Positions 1 to 10,948 of a stretch of 64,000 nt of DNA are shown piece by piece. A model generated the notes under the pieces. It did not search any database, had not been told where the DNA came from, and saw nothing but the letters and a program-made list of their open reading frames with translations. The position numbers and the translations under genes are program-made. Source of the stretch: Adineta vaga (Eukaryota; Animalia; Rotifera); the NCBI GenBank assembly GCA_021613535.1, contig CP075493.1:13516001-13580000 (forward strand). The letters run 5' to 3'. Position 1 is the stretch's first letter. Every line of letters begins with the position of its first letter.

Positions 1-285
1 CATTTACTTGTAATGAATAAGAAGAAATCAAAATCGATCTGTATTACGAATCCATTAGCGATTGAAGGTGATTTAAGAATGCATAATGAAGAGAAAATTC
101 AAGAAAGAAAAAGACAAATCATTCGAAAATGGCAAATGATCGTATTTTTGATACGAAATCCATTGTTTGTATTCTATCGTAAAGCATATTTCAAACAATT
201 TCATAGTGTCGAAAACTATCTCATACCATGGAGAAATAATCTTCATGTCAATCGAATACTAATTCAACGTTTACATTCTGTTTAA
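1..285 (+). CDS. 3' end of a probable STRA6-like membrane protein (partial; runs off the window)
   Basis: Frame open from base 1. Segment IIRKWQMIVFLIRNPLFVFYRK resembles the C-terminal RW..YTLLHNP.L..FRK motif of STRA6-family proteins. Only the tail is visible. Confidence 0.5.
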   Translation, partial: HLLVMNKKKSKSICITNPLAIEGDLRMHNEEKIQERKRQIIRKWQMIVFLIRNPLFVFYRKAYFKQFHSVENYLIPWRNNLHVNRILIQRLHSV

Positions 286-394
286 AATATAAGAAGCGAC
301 TTTTTTTTAAATTTCATTTAAAGATTATATAATTGTCACATTAATCTCGATTGTTCTCTATTGTGTTCATATAATTTATCATTTACGAAAGAAT

Positions 395-2845
395 TTATAC
401 CACGAGGATAAATATAATTAAAGAAAAGATGATTGACAACCATTGAGAATAATTATGAACAGAAATGAATGATATTCCTCCTGATGTTGTTTGTGAATCT
501 AAAACCATAAGAAAAAAGATTTCGATAAAATAGTTTTTAATATTTCAAACTTACAACATAGGACGGAAAATTTTTGAATACGATTGTTACGTCTATCAGC
601 AACAATTAAAGCTCCATCTCGATCTAATTTAATACTTTGTGGGTAAAATAATTGGTTTGGTAAAACTCCAAATGTTGTACTTCCAGCAATAAGTATGCCT
701 GATGTCGATCCTCTCATCCATAACATAATACGATTATTATACGTATCTGCAATATATAAGTTTCTATTGCTATCAGTAATCATTGATGATGGATAACATA
801 ATCGATTAAGTTGATCGCCACAAAGACCTGTTTGTCCAGCAATTGTTATTCCACTTGTTGCACCTGGAGACCACATTTGTATTCGATGATTATCTGTATC
901 TGCTACATAAAATATATTTCCATTATTTTCATCAACAAATATTCCATTTGGTCTATTGAATTGATTTGCTGCTGTTCCATAACTGCCACAAATGATACTA
1001 CCTGTAGAAGAATTTTCCCATCGAACGATGCGATGATTGCTGGTATCTGCGATCCAAATCCTTATTTTTGAATCAATATACATTCCAAATGGATTATTTA
1101 GTTGATTAGCAGACACACCATTTCCATTGCCACCAGCAACAATAATTCCATTCACTACACCGGATTTCCATTTCATTACACGATTATTTTCACTTTCAAG
1201 AGTATATATACTTCTATTTACATCTACGCTAATCGCACGCACTAAAAATAAAGAAACAGAAGGCAAGCAAATGAATTACGAGTTTCTAATAGATCAAAAT
1301 TACTAAATACAAATTGATACAATTCGAGAACATAGTAGCTAATATTAACAACTGTTATTCCATTAGTTGATGATGACTGAAAACGTTGTACTCGAAAGTT
1401 AAAAGAATCTACGATATACATTGTATTATTCTTGTCAATGAATATATCATAAGGAGAAGAAAGAGATGTTGATGCATAATTAGTGTCACCGATTGATGAA
1501 CCAGCAATAGTTGTTCCATTCGAATACCAAGTTGTCATTGAGCAACTTGCATTTAGATTAGCTACTGAAGAAAAACAAAGAATAGAAATGCATTTATGCT
1601 GTATTCTACAGAAAAATAATTCTTGCCAGTTGTTGTCATCGATGGAATTGTTGTAGTCGAGAGATTAGTTGATACAGCAGCTGGAAAGACAGAGAATAGA
1701 AACTAATACGACTAAAATCAAACTTACGACAAGAAATAGGAAATTTTTGAATTCGATTATTATAAGTATCCGTAACAAATAATGAGCCATTTAAATCAAA
1801 ATTTATATTTCTTGGATATGGAATTTGTATTACTTGTGTATCGAAATTGATCGGATATCCAATAATGACACCTGAACTTGCTCCAATCATCCATTTCAAA
1901 ATTCGATTATTCTCATAATCAGTAATATACATATATTGATTGCTATCAAGTATTACTGCGTGTGGTCGCCATAATTGATTAAGACCATTGCCATAGTAGC
2001 CGGTGATTCCAGCAACTGTTTTTCCAACTGTATCGCCTGATAACCACATTTGAATTCGATGGTTATATGCGTCAGCAACGTAGAATGTATTTGAATCACT
2101 TGTGTCAATGAATAATCCTGTTGGATACATAAATTGATTATTTTCTCTTCCATAACTTCCACAGACAACAACACTCGTACTTGGTGATGTCCATTTGACT
2201 ATTCGATGATTAAGAGTATCAGCAATCCAGATTATTGATGTATTCAACTCGATAAACATTCCAGATGGCATATTTAATTGATTATTACTATTTCCAATTC
2301 CATTTCCGCCTGCTACGAGTGTAACATTAGAACTTCCTTGTTTCCATTTTGTCACTCGTCCGTTACTACCGTCAAGTATATAAATACTTCCGTTTCTATC
2401 AACACTCATCGTATCCACTATACAGGTAAAGAAGAAATAGAAACATTAGACTTCATTTTAATAATGTTGAAACTTCTTACTGGAAAGAAACTGATTCATA
2501 CCAACACCATTACTACCATTAACAATAGTATTTCCACTAATTGAATTGACAGAGATGCGTTGAACACGATAATTACCAGAATCTAACACATAAATACTAT
2601 TGTTGTTATCGATATAGATATCCGTTGGTCTAATAAGCATTGATGAATTTGATCCCGGCGTACCAGATTGATCGCCAACTGCTACTATAGCATTTTTCTG
2701 CCATAGTGCTGTCGGACATATTGTTAATGTCAGAGATTGTTCAATAATTGAAAATCTATATGTAAACATTAAATAAATCATTCAGTGAGATGAAGCAACT
2801 ATAGACTTACATGCTTGATAATATAGTTATCAACAATAGACTCAT
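395..2845 (-). CDS. Secreted/surface double NHL beta-propeller protein, 7 exons, ~701 aa, signal peptide and hydrophobic (GPI-signal-like) C-terminus
   Basis: Exons 2845-2811, 2755-2481, 2417-1728, 1680-1627, 1564-1304, 1241-555, 498-395 join in frame (2106 nt). Repeated NQLxxPxG...IADTxNHRI NHL motifs. N-terminus MSLLLITILSSIFSII; C-terminus WLSIIFSLIIFILVV*. Confidence 0.85.
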
Positions 2846-3480
2846 GTTATAATTTCCAAGAATTTGTTTATACATCGAATGATTATACTGATGTTTCTAT
2901 GTAGTCACCAATCTATATAAATAGTCAAATGCGAGAAGAAATAGAAGAAAATAAGAAAAACTTATGTCATGTTTTATTACTTAAATTAATTGATAAAGTA
3001 AAACATTAGTTTATGGGATAAAATAAAGGATGCTTTAGTAGTAACTGCATGATGTGTTGTTGTTTGACTTCGTTTGTAACTATACTATTTCTCAGTTCTT
3101 TACATGATTAAAAAAGTTCATTTTTATGCTGACTTTTTGTTATGTTGTTATGTGTGAATAAATGAATTAACACCGATGGATGCTAGTAATAATTATCAAA
3201 AGACGCACATTGGTTTTATTTTTATTCTCAGGTATATCATGCAATCTTTTACTGATATCAAAATGAATTCATATGTCGCTTGTATGTGGCGACACATATA
3301 CTATTGCGATACGCTTTGTAGAGGAACAACTAACGGTTAATGACGGAAAGAATGAATAATCGTCAAGTTATCCTATCACGCTGCATAGTGCCAAAAAAAT
3401 TTTCCTTATTTCTTCGTGCTCAGATAAATGGTAGTGTAGTTAACAATATTCTTTTCGTTATAGATACATCTTCATCAAAT

Positions 3481-4434
3481 ATGGCTAAACAATCATTATC
3501 TATTAATGATCTTCCATCTGAATTGCTATCGGAAGTCTTTCGATTTATTCAACCATTAGAAATGCTGCTTGATGCTTCACGTACTTGCCGTCTATGGCGT
3601 CAAATAATTAATAATGAATGGTTTCTTAACAAGTATTTTACTAATGGACTCAGTCGAAATCAATTGATCGGATGGTGGAAGTTTACCGATGTCAATAATA
3701 TAGGACATGACTCGAGTGGCATTTTAGGTGATCGCTATCATACAGTCGGGCAACCAACAGTCGAAGATTGTTTTTTGGGTAAATGTGCTGTGTTTGATGG
3801 GCAATCGTTTATTGATTTTCCCGTTAATCATAAATCTGAATATCAAACGGATTTGTACTCGGTGTCGGTTTGGTTTTGGGCTGATCCAAAAGCATGGAAC
3901 AGATATCAACAAGAAGGTGGATGGCGAACAGCGATTGGTTGTTGGAATGATTGGTCGGAAACTGCTCATGCATGGCTTCATCTTGGCTTTCATGTTGATA
4001 CAAACATTCACAATCAAGTGATGATCTCTCCAGCACAATATGCATTCGGTTGTTACGATAGACAAAAGACGGAACCTAACCGATGGTATCATGTTGTCGT
4101 TCGAGTGAGTCGACAATTTCAAGAATTATGGGTCAATGGACAAATAGTAAGCAGTGTGGACATGACTAACCCACACCTTCGACTGGAAGTGCGACTACCA
4201 TATCGACAAAACTGGCAGCCTTCACAATGGTGTCAACAAAGAATGCATTTACCAGAAGCTCTCTACATTGGATCAAAGAACAATCGACATCATAATCCAT
4301 GGATAGGTAAAATAGCTGATATATCTGTTTGGCGACGATGGCTGAAACCATTCGAAATTCGTGCCTTATATAAACAGCAAGCAGCTATTAATAACGTCAA
4401 ACTCGGCTCATTCATACATCGCAAAGACAAATAA
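3481..4434 (+). CDS. F-box protein with C-terminal LamG/concanavalin A-like jelly-roll domain
   Basis: INDLPSELLSEVFRFI...ASRTCRLWRQII is an F-box. LIGWWKF, FDG, SVSVWF, NRWYHVVV, LWVNGQ, LYIGS, WIGKIADISVWRRWL are LamG-3 motifs. ATG 3481 preferred because a pyrimidine tract and AG lie just upstream. Confidence 0.8.
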   Translation: MAKQSLSINDLPSELLSEVFRFIQPLEMLLDASRTCRLWRQIINNEWFLNKYFTNGLSRNQLIGWWKFTDVNNIGHDSSGILGDRYHTVGQPTVEDCFLGKCAVFDGQSFIDFPVNHKSEYQTDLYSVSVWFWADPKAWNRYQQEGGWRTAIGCWNDWSETAHAWLHLGFHVDTNIHNQVMISPAQYAFGCYDRQKTEPNRWYHVVVRVSRQFQELWVNGQIVSSVDMTNPHLRLEVRLPYRQNWQPSQWCQQRMHLPEALYIGSKNNRHHNPWIGKIADISVWRRWLKPFEIRALYKQQAAINNVKLGSFIHRKDK

Positions 4435-5594
4435 GGAATACTTATCGACCCTTGCTCTGTTCATATTTTGTTCGCATTCACACTGAATTATAAACGCATT
4501 GCTTAGAAAATAGTATCATGTATATAAGATATAGAAGTCTTTTTTTTTCTAAATTAATAAATATAATCTTTCTATACACACACATTGTATCAATGGTTTT
4601 TCGCATATCGGATCACTTAAATATGAAAGAATCTTGAGGATGTGCGTGGGTATGAATCTACGTGTTCTACTGGTTCCTGTTTAACACTCACACAGACACA
4701 CATACTCCACACCGACAGCTTTTCAGTAAGCAAATCAATATCGAGTAATTATCTTTGAAAAGATTGCTGTCCAGAAATAAAAGAAAATAATATGAAGAAC
4801 AAATTCAAGTTGTATAATCATTGATTGTGAGTGTCTCTCACTCTCATAGCTTTGTTTAAATGACTTTCTAGTAGTCAACTGGAATATTTCTAACTAGATG
4901 AGATTCATTTTTTGTCGCTGATCTCTTTGTGCATCAGTTAAAGATTTATGTGAACTAGAGAAAAACATTACTCACAAGCTGATGCATTTTATGAAAATAA
5001 AACAAATGCTTTTCGAAGTGTCTGTTTATCACCATAAAAGTGTTCTCATGATAAGAACGAAAAGAAATTAAAAATACAATTTTAATAAATCTTTTATTAT
5101 TATTGTGCTTTAAATTGGTTTAATGAGAGATGCTTACAGGGTAACATATGAATTAGAGAAGAAAAAGGGAGAAGTTTTAAGATTGAAACTACATCAATGT
5201 AACGTTTATTATGATTAAGCACTGTATTAGTTAACACTGTTTAACTGAGTGAATCTCAAGTACTTTTGATTTTAATACAATAGAATATTTCATGTTAGTT
5301 GGAAATTATGTTAGATTTTCCCCTTCATTACATCATGTACCAGGTCTCTCATACTGCCAAGAACAACGTTTGAATCAAACCAACTCCTTGATACAAGAAA
5401 AAACAATCATATTCATCCCTATATTTTTGTCGTTGACTCTTATATTATCATCAAAATGTGTGGTTGGAAAAAAACCCAGTAATCAAATTTGTCTTTATTT
5501 TTTCATTCACATAGACGCATGGTAAATATATACTTTTCTTTTACCACTTAGTCGACGACACGTATTTATTTCTCTCATCCTTTCTCTCTTTATC

Positions 5595-5690
5595 TATATA
5601 TTACCTTGATTTTGGCAAGTTTTGTTGTTTTTTCTTTTTCTGTAAGTATAATAAAAGTATAATATAATACGCGAGATTTTCTCATTCAAG
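5595..5690 (+). promoter_or_regulatory. TATA-like element, short non-coding leader exon and 5'-UTR intron (5642-5690) upstream of the GTPase cluster
   Basis: TATATA at 5595-5600, GTAAGT donor at 5642, ttttctcattcaAG acceptor ending at 5690, ATG 14 nt later. Confidence 0.5.
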
Positions 5691-5704
5691 ATTAAATAAT
5701 CATC

Positions 5705-6826
5705 ATGGATCAGTATCATTCTCTCAGTGATATTCTAGCAGAATTAAAACAACAGCGTGATGAGAAACCCCAGCAGTACATTACGGTTCCAACGGACCAA
5801 GAACGAACACTTCTATTGGTGGGACCAATACGAACTGGCAAATCAATAATCGCCGAAACTGTAGAAAATAGTCTTTATCAACCTGAAAGACCGATTACTT
5901 ATTCTGCCACTCGAACAGCTCAAATTCGACAAATTGGTAGTCTTAGGATTATTGATATACCTGGTTTTAATGAATTTCAAGTCGGACAATTCAGATTGAG
6001 TAATGATTCGATTCTTCAAATGATTGAAGAACAAATCAGTGAACATAATTCAATCGATCTTTTCGCTTTTGTTTTCCATCTCAATTATGGAATTAAAGAA
6101 GAAGATATTAAACTAATGATTTATATCAAATCCAAACTACCTGATCTGGCTGAAAGAATAATATTAATAATCACACATGCAGAAGAATTCACTGATCAAG
6201 AGAAAAATCGTTTATCAAATGAATTCTTCAATCATCCTAAGGTTAAAAAAAATCGTTTGGAAAGTTTTTTTCAAAAGAAAATCTTTTTTCTTGGTTGTCT
6301 TCGATATGAGTCACTCAATCAACGAGATAAAGAAGCACTTGTTCGTCAACATGAGAATGTCTTAAAAATGCGAAAACAATTTATTGAAAAATGTTTCGAA
6401 GATCTACCTCCAGTCAAACAGCCTAAACAAAAATCTTATATCTACAAAAGTTTATCATCACGATATGTTTATGTATCGATCTTAGTTTTCATCGTGGCAC
6501 TAGCCATTGGCTATGCTTCTTCTTCTTATATTAATTCAATTACAAACCAAAATAAGCTAGTGGGAAAGCTTACTGATACTGTAAATCAAAAGATAGTGGA
6601 AATGGAAAATATGGCAAAAACAATAAAAACGCAAAAGGAAAACCTAGAAGCACAGAAAAAAAGAGCAGAAACACAATCGAGAACACTAGAAGCACAAGCA
6701 AAAGCAGCACAAGAGCAATCAGAAAAGATGAAAAAACTTACACGTCATTTAATTGAATTAGAAGAACAGATAGCTCAAGCAAAAAAGAAAGAAAAAAAAT
6801 CTTTTTGGTCTAGTTTATTTGGTTAA
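5705..6826 (+). CDS. AIG1/GIMAP-like P-loop GTPase 1 (GTPase, TM helix, coiled coil, amphipathic tail)
   Basis: G1 GPIRTGKS, G2 SATR, G3 IIDIPG, G4 ITHAE; hydrophobic helix VYVSILVFIVALAIGYA; E/K/Q-rich heptads. Confidence 0.8.
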   Translation: MDQYHSLSDILAELKQQRDEKPQQYITVPTDQERTLLLVGPIRTGKSIIAETVENSLYQPERPITYSATRTAQIRQIGSLRIIDIPGFNEFQVGQFRLSNDSILQMIEEQISEHNSIDLFAFVFHLNYGIKEEDIKLMIYIKSKLPDLAERIILIITHAEEFTDQEKNRLSNEFFNHPKVKKNRLESFFQKKIFFLGCLRYESLNQRDKEALVRQHENVLKMRKQFIEKCFEDLPPVKQPKQKSYIYKSLSSRYVYVSILVFIVALAIGYASSSYINSITNQNKLVGKLTDTVNQKIVEMENMAKTIKTQKENLEAQKKRAETQSRTLEAQAKAAQEQSEKMKKLTRHLIELEEQIAQAKKKEKKSFWSSLFG

Positions 6827-7012
6827 TAAACATTTTTCACGCGTCAATACACTTATGTTTTAATGGTGTTTTGTTGAATTTGATCTTTTATTTCTTATTT
6901 TCTAGATTGATGATAATCATCATTATTAAGTTATTTTCCAACAAATTCATCCTCTACATTTAAATTACATAATAAATTTTATGATTTATTTTTTTAAGAT
7001 TAATTAATCATC

Positions 7013-8170
7013 ATGGAGTCTTATGCTTCTCTCAACGATATCATAGATGAATTAAAACAACAACGTGATGAAAATCCTCATGTGTATATTCCAGTACCAA
7101 TCGAACCAGAAAGAACGATTCTACTAATGGGAAGTACACGTGCAGGTAAATCGACAATTGTCAGAACTTTGGCCAATAGTCTTTATCAACCTGAAAGACC
7201 GACTCTTTATTCTGCCACTCGAACACCTGAACCTCAGAAGATTAACGGCCTTACGATCATTGATATGCCTGGTTTCAACGATCTTCGAGTAAAAAATCCA
7301 CCATTAAGCAATAATTTGATCCTTCGAATGTTACAAGAACAAATGGAAAAATATCATCCGATTGATCTTTTCGCGTTTGTCTTCAACTATCAAAGTGGAA
7401 TCACAAACGATGATATTAATTCGATGATTAATGTCAAATCAGAATTTCCTGATCTCGCTGGAAGAACAATATTATTAGTTACACACGCAGAAGAATTGGA
7501 TGATAAAGCGAAAAATCGTTTAATCGACGAATTTTACAGTCATCCTAAGATTAGTAAAAATCATCTGGAAGATTTTTTCCAAAAAGAAATCTTTTTTCTT
7601 GGTTGTCTTCGATATGAATCAATCAATCGACCAGATATAGTAGCGCTTACTAATGAACATGAAAATGTTTTAAGTATGAGGAAAACATTTATTCAAAAAT
7701 GTTTTCGAAATCTTCCTCCACGCAAGCTATTGAAACAAAAGCAGTCTATTTATAAATATTTATCAATATTAGCTGTTATTATGGCAGTTGTTCTTGTTCT
7801 TATTGCTTATAGTTTCAGTGATTCCGGAGACAAACAAATTGATACAGAAGATCCAATGGATCATTCGATCCATGAATTCGTTTTCAATACCGATGAAGAC
7901 GCTTCGCTTGAAGAGAAACAAATCTCTTCCAATGACGATGTCAATGAAGATCCAACTGATACTGAGAAGAAATCATCTCTGATCAAGGAAGAATCACAAG
8001 CGGTTCAGGAATTAACTAATGCAATGCGTGACTTTAGTAACAAATATACGCAAATGGAGGAAAGGCTAAACAGGATTGAAAGCCGTTTAACCGATATAGT
8101 TAATTATATCGCTAAGGAAAAGAAAGAAAAAGAAAAATCTTTATTTTCGAAGATTGCTGATTATTTTTAA
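7013..8170 (+). CDS. AIG1/GIMAP-like P-loop GTPase 2 (paralog of GTPase 1)
   Basis: G1 GSTRAGKST, G3 IIDMPG, G4 VTHAE; shares SLYQPERP and IFFLGCLRYES with GTPase 1; TM helix, acidic linker, coiled coil. Confidence 0.8.
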   Translation: MESYASLNDIIDELKQQRDENPHVYIPVPIEPERTILLMGSTRAGKSTIVRTLANSLYQPERPTLYSATRTPEPQKINGLTIIDMPGFNDLRVKNPPLSNNLILRMLQEQMEKYHPIDLFAFVFNYQSGITNDDINSMINVKSEFPDLAGRTILLVTHAEELDDKAKNRLIDEFYSHPKISKNHLEDFFQKEIFFLGCLRYESINRPDIVALTNEHENVLSMRKTFIQKCFRNLPPRKLLKQKQSIYKYLSILAVIMAVVLVLIAYSFSDSGDKQIDTEDPMDHSIHEFVFNTDEDASLEEKQISSNDDVNEDPTDTEKKSSLIKEESQAVQELTNAMRDFSNKYTQMEERLNRIESRLTDIVNYIAKEKKEKEKSLFSKIADYF

Positions 8171-8255
8171 CCTTAGACGAATCAACAAACTTAGTTCTAC
8201 TGTTTTAATGGAATATAATTTTGATTTTTTTTGTATTCAGATTAACTATAAACAT

Positions 8256-9233
8256 ATGAACACTGCAAGCTCCTGTACTACAAATGAAAGCCGAGATGAT
8301 ATTCGTCGACGCGGTAAGTTCGGAATCGAATTTGTTTTAAGGTATAAATTAATTATCATAATTACAGGTAACCAAGATAAAACCATGACTGTTGATGAGA
8401 TGTCAAAGGATCTCTATAAAGAAATGGGAAACATGAATGAATATCAATTCCAAACAGCTATTCAACGAACACTTGTGCTTCTCGGAAGGACGCGTGTTGG
8501 CAAAACTACGCTGATGAAAGTTATCCAAAATCCTCTCTATCGACCTGATATGCCTAGTATTTTTTCTGAGACTGGAAGGGTTAATATTCATCAGTTCGTC
8601 ACAAATCATAAAAATCGACACTATTCTTTCACTATTATTGATTCTCCTGGTTTATATGAATGTATGCGACATGACGGAAGGCCTCTAACCAACGAAACTG
8701 TGAAACATCTTCTTGATAATTGTATAACCCAGGATGTTACTCATATTCATGCATTTGCATTTGTCTTTAGTATTCAAGGTTCAATTAATGATGAAGATAT
8801 TCAATCGATGATTTTTATCAAGAAACATTATCCAACATTGAAAAAATTTTTTATGCTGATTTTAACACATTGCGAAGAAAAAACAGATGAAGAAAAGAAA
8901 CGATTAACCGACGAATTCTTTTCACATCCTCGAGTGATAAAACATAATTTACACGAATTTTTTAATTTAGGATATTTTTATACTGGCTCCCTTCGACCAG
9001 AATTAGGATCTAATCCAAATTTAGAGGCAGCTATAAGTCAACAACGGAAGGTGTTGGAAATGCGGAGTGTGTTATTAGATTTTCTCATTCAACGCGAAGA
9101 AACATTCAATATCCATCAGTCGAACATAACATCTTCCAATACATTGGAACGATTCAAACAAGTTTTACTGTGGCTTTGCGCTTTTCTTATTGGAATGTTT
9201 TTTCTTTTGATTTTCTTTGATATTAAAGTATAG
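8256..9233 (+). CDS. AIG1/GIMAP-like P-loop GTPase 3, tail-anchored; in-frame 54-bp intron 8314-8367
   Basis: G1 GRTRVGKTT, G3 IIDSPG, G4 LTHCE; C-terminal TM VLLWLCAFLIGMFFLLIFF; GTAAGT...TACAG intron. Confidence 0.8.
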   Translation: MNTASSCTTNESRDDIRRRGKFGIEFVLRYKLIIIITGNQDKTMTVDEMSKDLYKEMGNMNEYQFQTAIQRTLVLLGRTRVGKTTLMKVIQNPLYRPDMPSIFSETGRVNIHQFVTNHKNRHYSFTIIDSPGLYECMRHDGRPLTNETVKHLLDNCITQDVTHIHAFAFVFSIQGSINDEDIQSMIFIKKHYPTLKKFFMLILTHCEEKTDEEKKRLTDEFFSHPRVIKHNLHEFFNLGYFYTGSLRPELGSNPNLEAAISQQRKVLEMRSVLLDFLIQREETFNIHQSNITSSNTLERFKQVLLWLCAFLIGMFFLLIFFDIKV

Positions 9234-9774
9234 CCAATCAAAAATTTGAGCTAGCAAGGTTTTTCGCCGTTTTCAACATTATTTGAGAGAATGAAAACTG
9301 CTGATTACGAATATATACTTCTGAACCTCAGCAAATGTATCCTTCATAAAAACAGTATCCTTCGAATATTTCGTTTATTTTTCAACCGGAAGGAGCCATT
9401 TTCTGAGGCTAAGAAGTATATATTCGTAATTAGCGAAAAACATTTTGTTGACTTCGCAGTGTCTGTGCCTTATGTGATTTAGAATTAGTTTCTTTTTTGA
9501 AGTTCAACAATGTGAAAAAATATGATTTTTAACGTTCAAAGATGAAAGCCTTGTCTGTTTATTGCTTGTGCATTCGTAGGCGAAGTTCGACTACTTGTCT
9601 ACAATCAGAATGAATCAAGGGCACTAATATTTTCTTTTTACTTAATAACTTTCGTTTTCATAGTTAACTATATTATTCATAGAACATACTTTCAAAAATC
9701 GAAAGAGTGTGAGTGAAGGTGTCATAAGAGACATAAAGAAAAAGTTTTTATTAAAAATTATGAATGTGGACAGT

Positions 9775-10948
9775 TTACGTAATTGTAATGTTGACGATTG
9801 TCATTCCTGAACAACAGAGATAGTTAGTTAACCAAAAACTAATAACATACGTATCACCGACAACTGTTGAAAATGTTTGACTGATTGTATCACCATAGAA
9901 TGCGCACCGATCGTAATAGTAATAATCTCCTGTTTTCGCATACTGATTATCGTGATAAGCCGTTCCTGTATTGATGAGACCACACGAGCCTGAATAATTC
10001 CATGCAGTTAAGCTGCCTGATTCGAATCCTCCATTGATGATTATTTGTGTTAAACCATGATACACATTGACCTCATCTAACATCCAACCTCCTAAATCAT
10101 GTCGAAAAAAGAACGACAATGTTACTGATGCCTTATTAGCTATCCAAGTATATGCATAACAATTGTAAGCTGGATAGTTGGATGATGATGGATTTGTAAC
10201 GCTAAAGAGCATACCACTCGATCTTGATTGAGATGCACATGGCGGAGTAGCCGTCACTAAATCAAAAGTAATATATTCAACAGTAGCATTGCATATAAAG
10301 ACCGGTCCGAATATCCGACTGTGAACTTGGATCTTTCTCTTCAACTGAAGTCTTCTAACGCATAACTTATAGTTCTGAACGAATCGCACACGATCGAAGG
10401 TGTAGGGTTAGAGATACGACTAAATATTCGAAATAAAAATACTCTACCTGTTGTTGTTGCTGTCGTAACACTGAACATCATAGAGAATGTGTGTGTACTT
10501 TGTTCTGTGCCGGTTATTATAGTTGACTTTGTCGATGTTATTGTTAGATCGGTTGTTACAGTTGAAGAACATGTAGGAAAAGATTCTAAAAGGAGAACAT
10601 GAATTTATATATTCTTTTGTTTTATCATGAAAGAAACATCATACCATAATTTTTCTTGCAACAAATAACTGTTGCAGAAGTATTTTCCGTTGATTTTATT
10701 GAGTCTTTTCCACACAGTTCTGCAAACATTGAACATATGTTTTTATTTTTGAAATAAACCGCTGTTTGGCAATAATAATCATTATGGCATGTTCGAATAC
10801 AATCATTGATTGATGATTGATTTGCTAATGAATTATTACCAATGGAAGAACAGGAGATATTCGATTGATAAATTGATTGTCGATGAAGTTCAACAATTAT
10901 AAGAGAATTTACTGCAGGAAATAGTAAATAAATCAAAATCGTAAACAT
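9775..10948 (-). CDS. Secreted protein: PAN/apple domain, Thr-rich linker, carbohydrate-binding-like (NGGFE) domain; 3 exons
   Basis: Exons 10948-10645, 10585-10448, 10256-9775 in frame. Signal peptide; CIRTC...CQTAVYF...C apple pattern; INGGFESG..W motif. Confidence 0.7.

Noticed and set aside
8154-8255. Overlap of GTPase 3 with the end of GTPase 2 in the ORF track
   Set aside because: The extension starts at a non-ATG codon and reads through a T-rich acceptor region; ATG 8256 fits the shared leader pattern.
9234-9560. Possible DNA-transposon relics here, at ~23950-24330 and at ~44180-44260
   Set aside because: Composition and short inverted matches are suggestive, but no paired termini, target-site duplications or transposase fragments could be shown.
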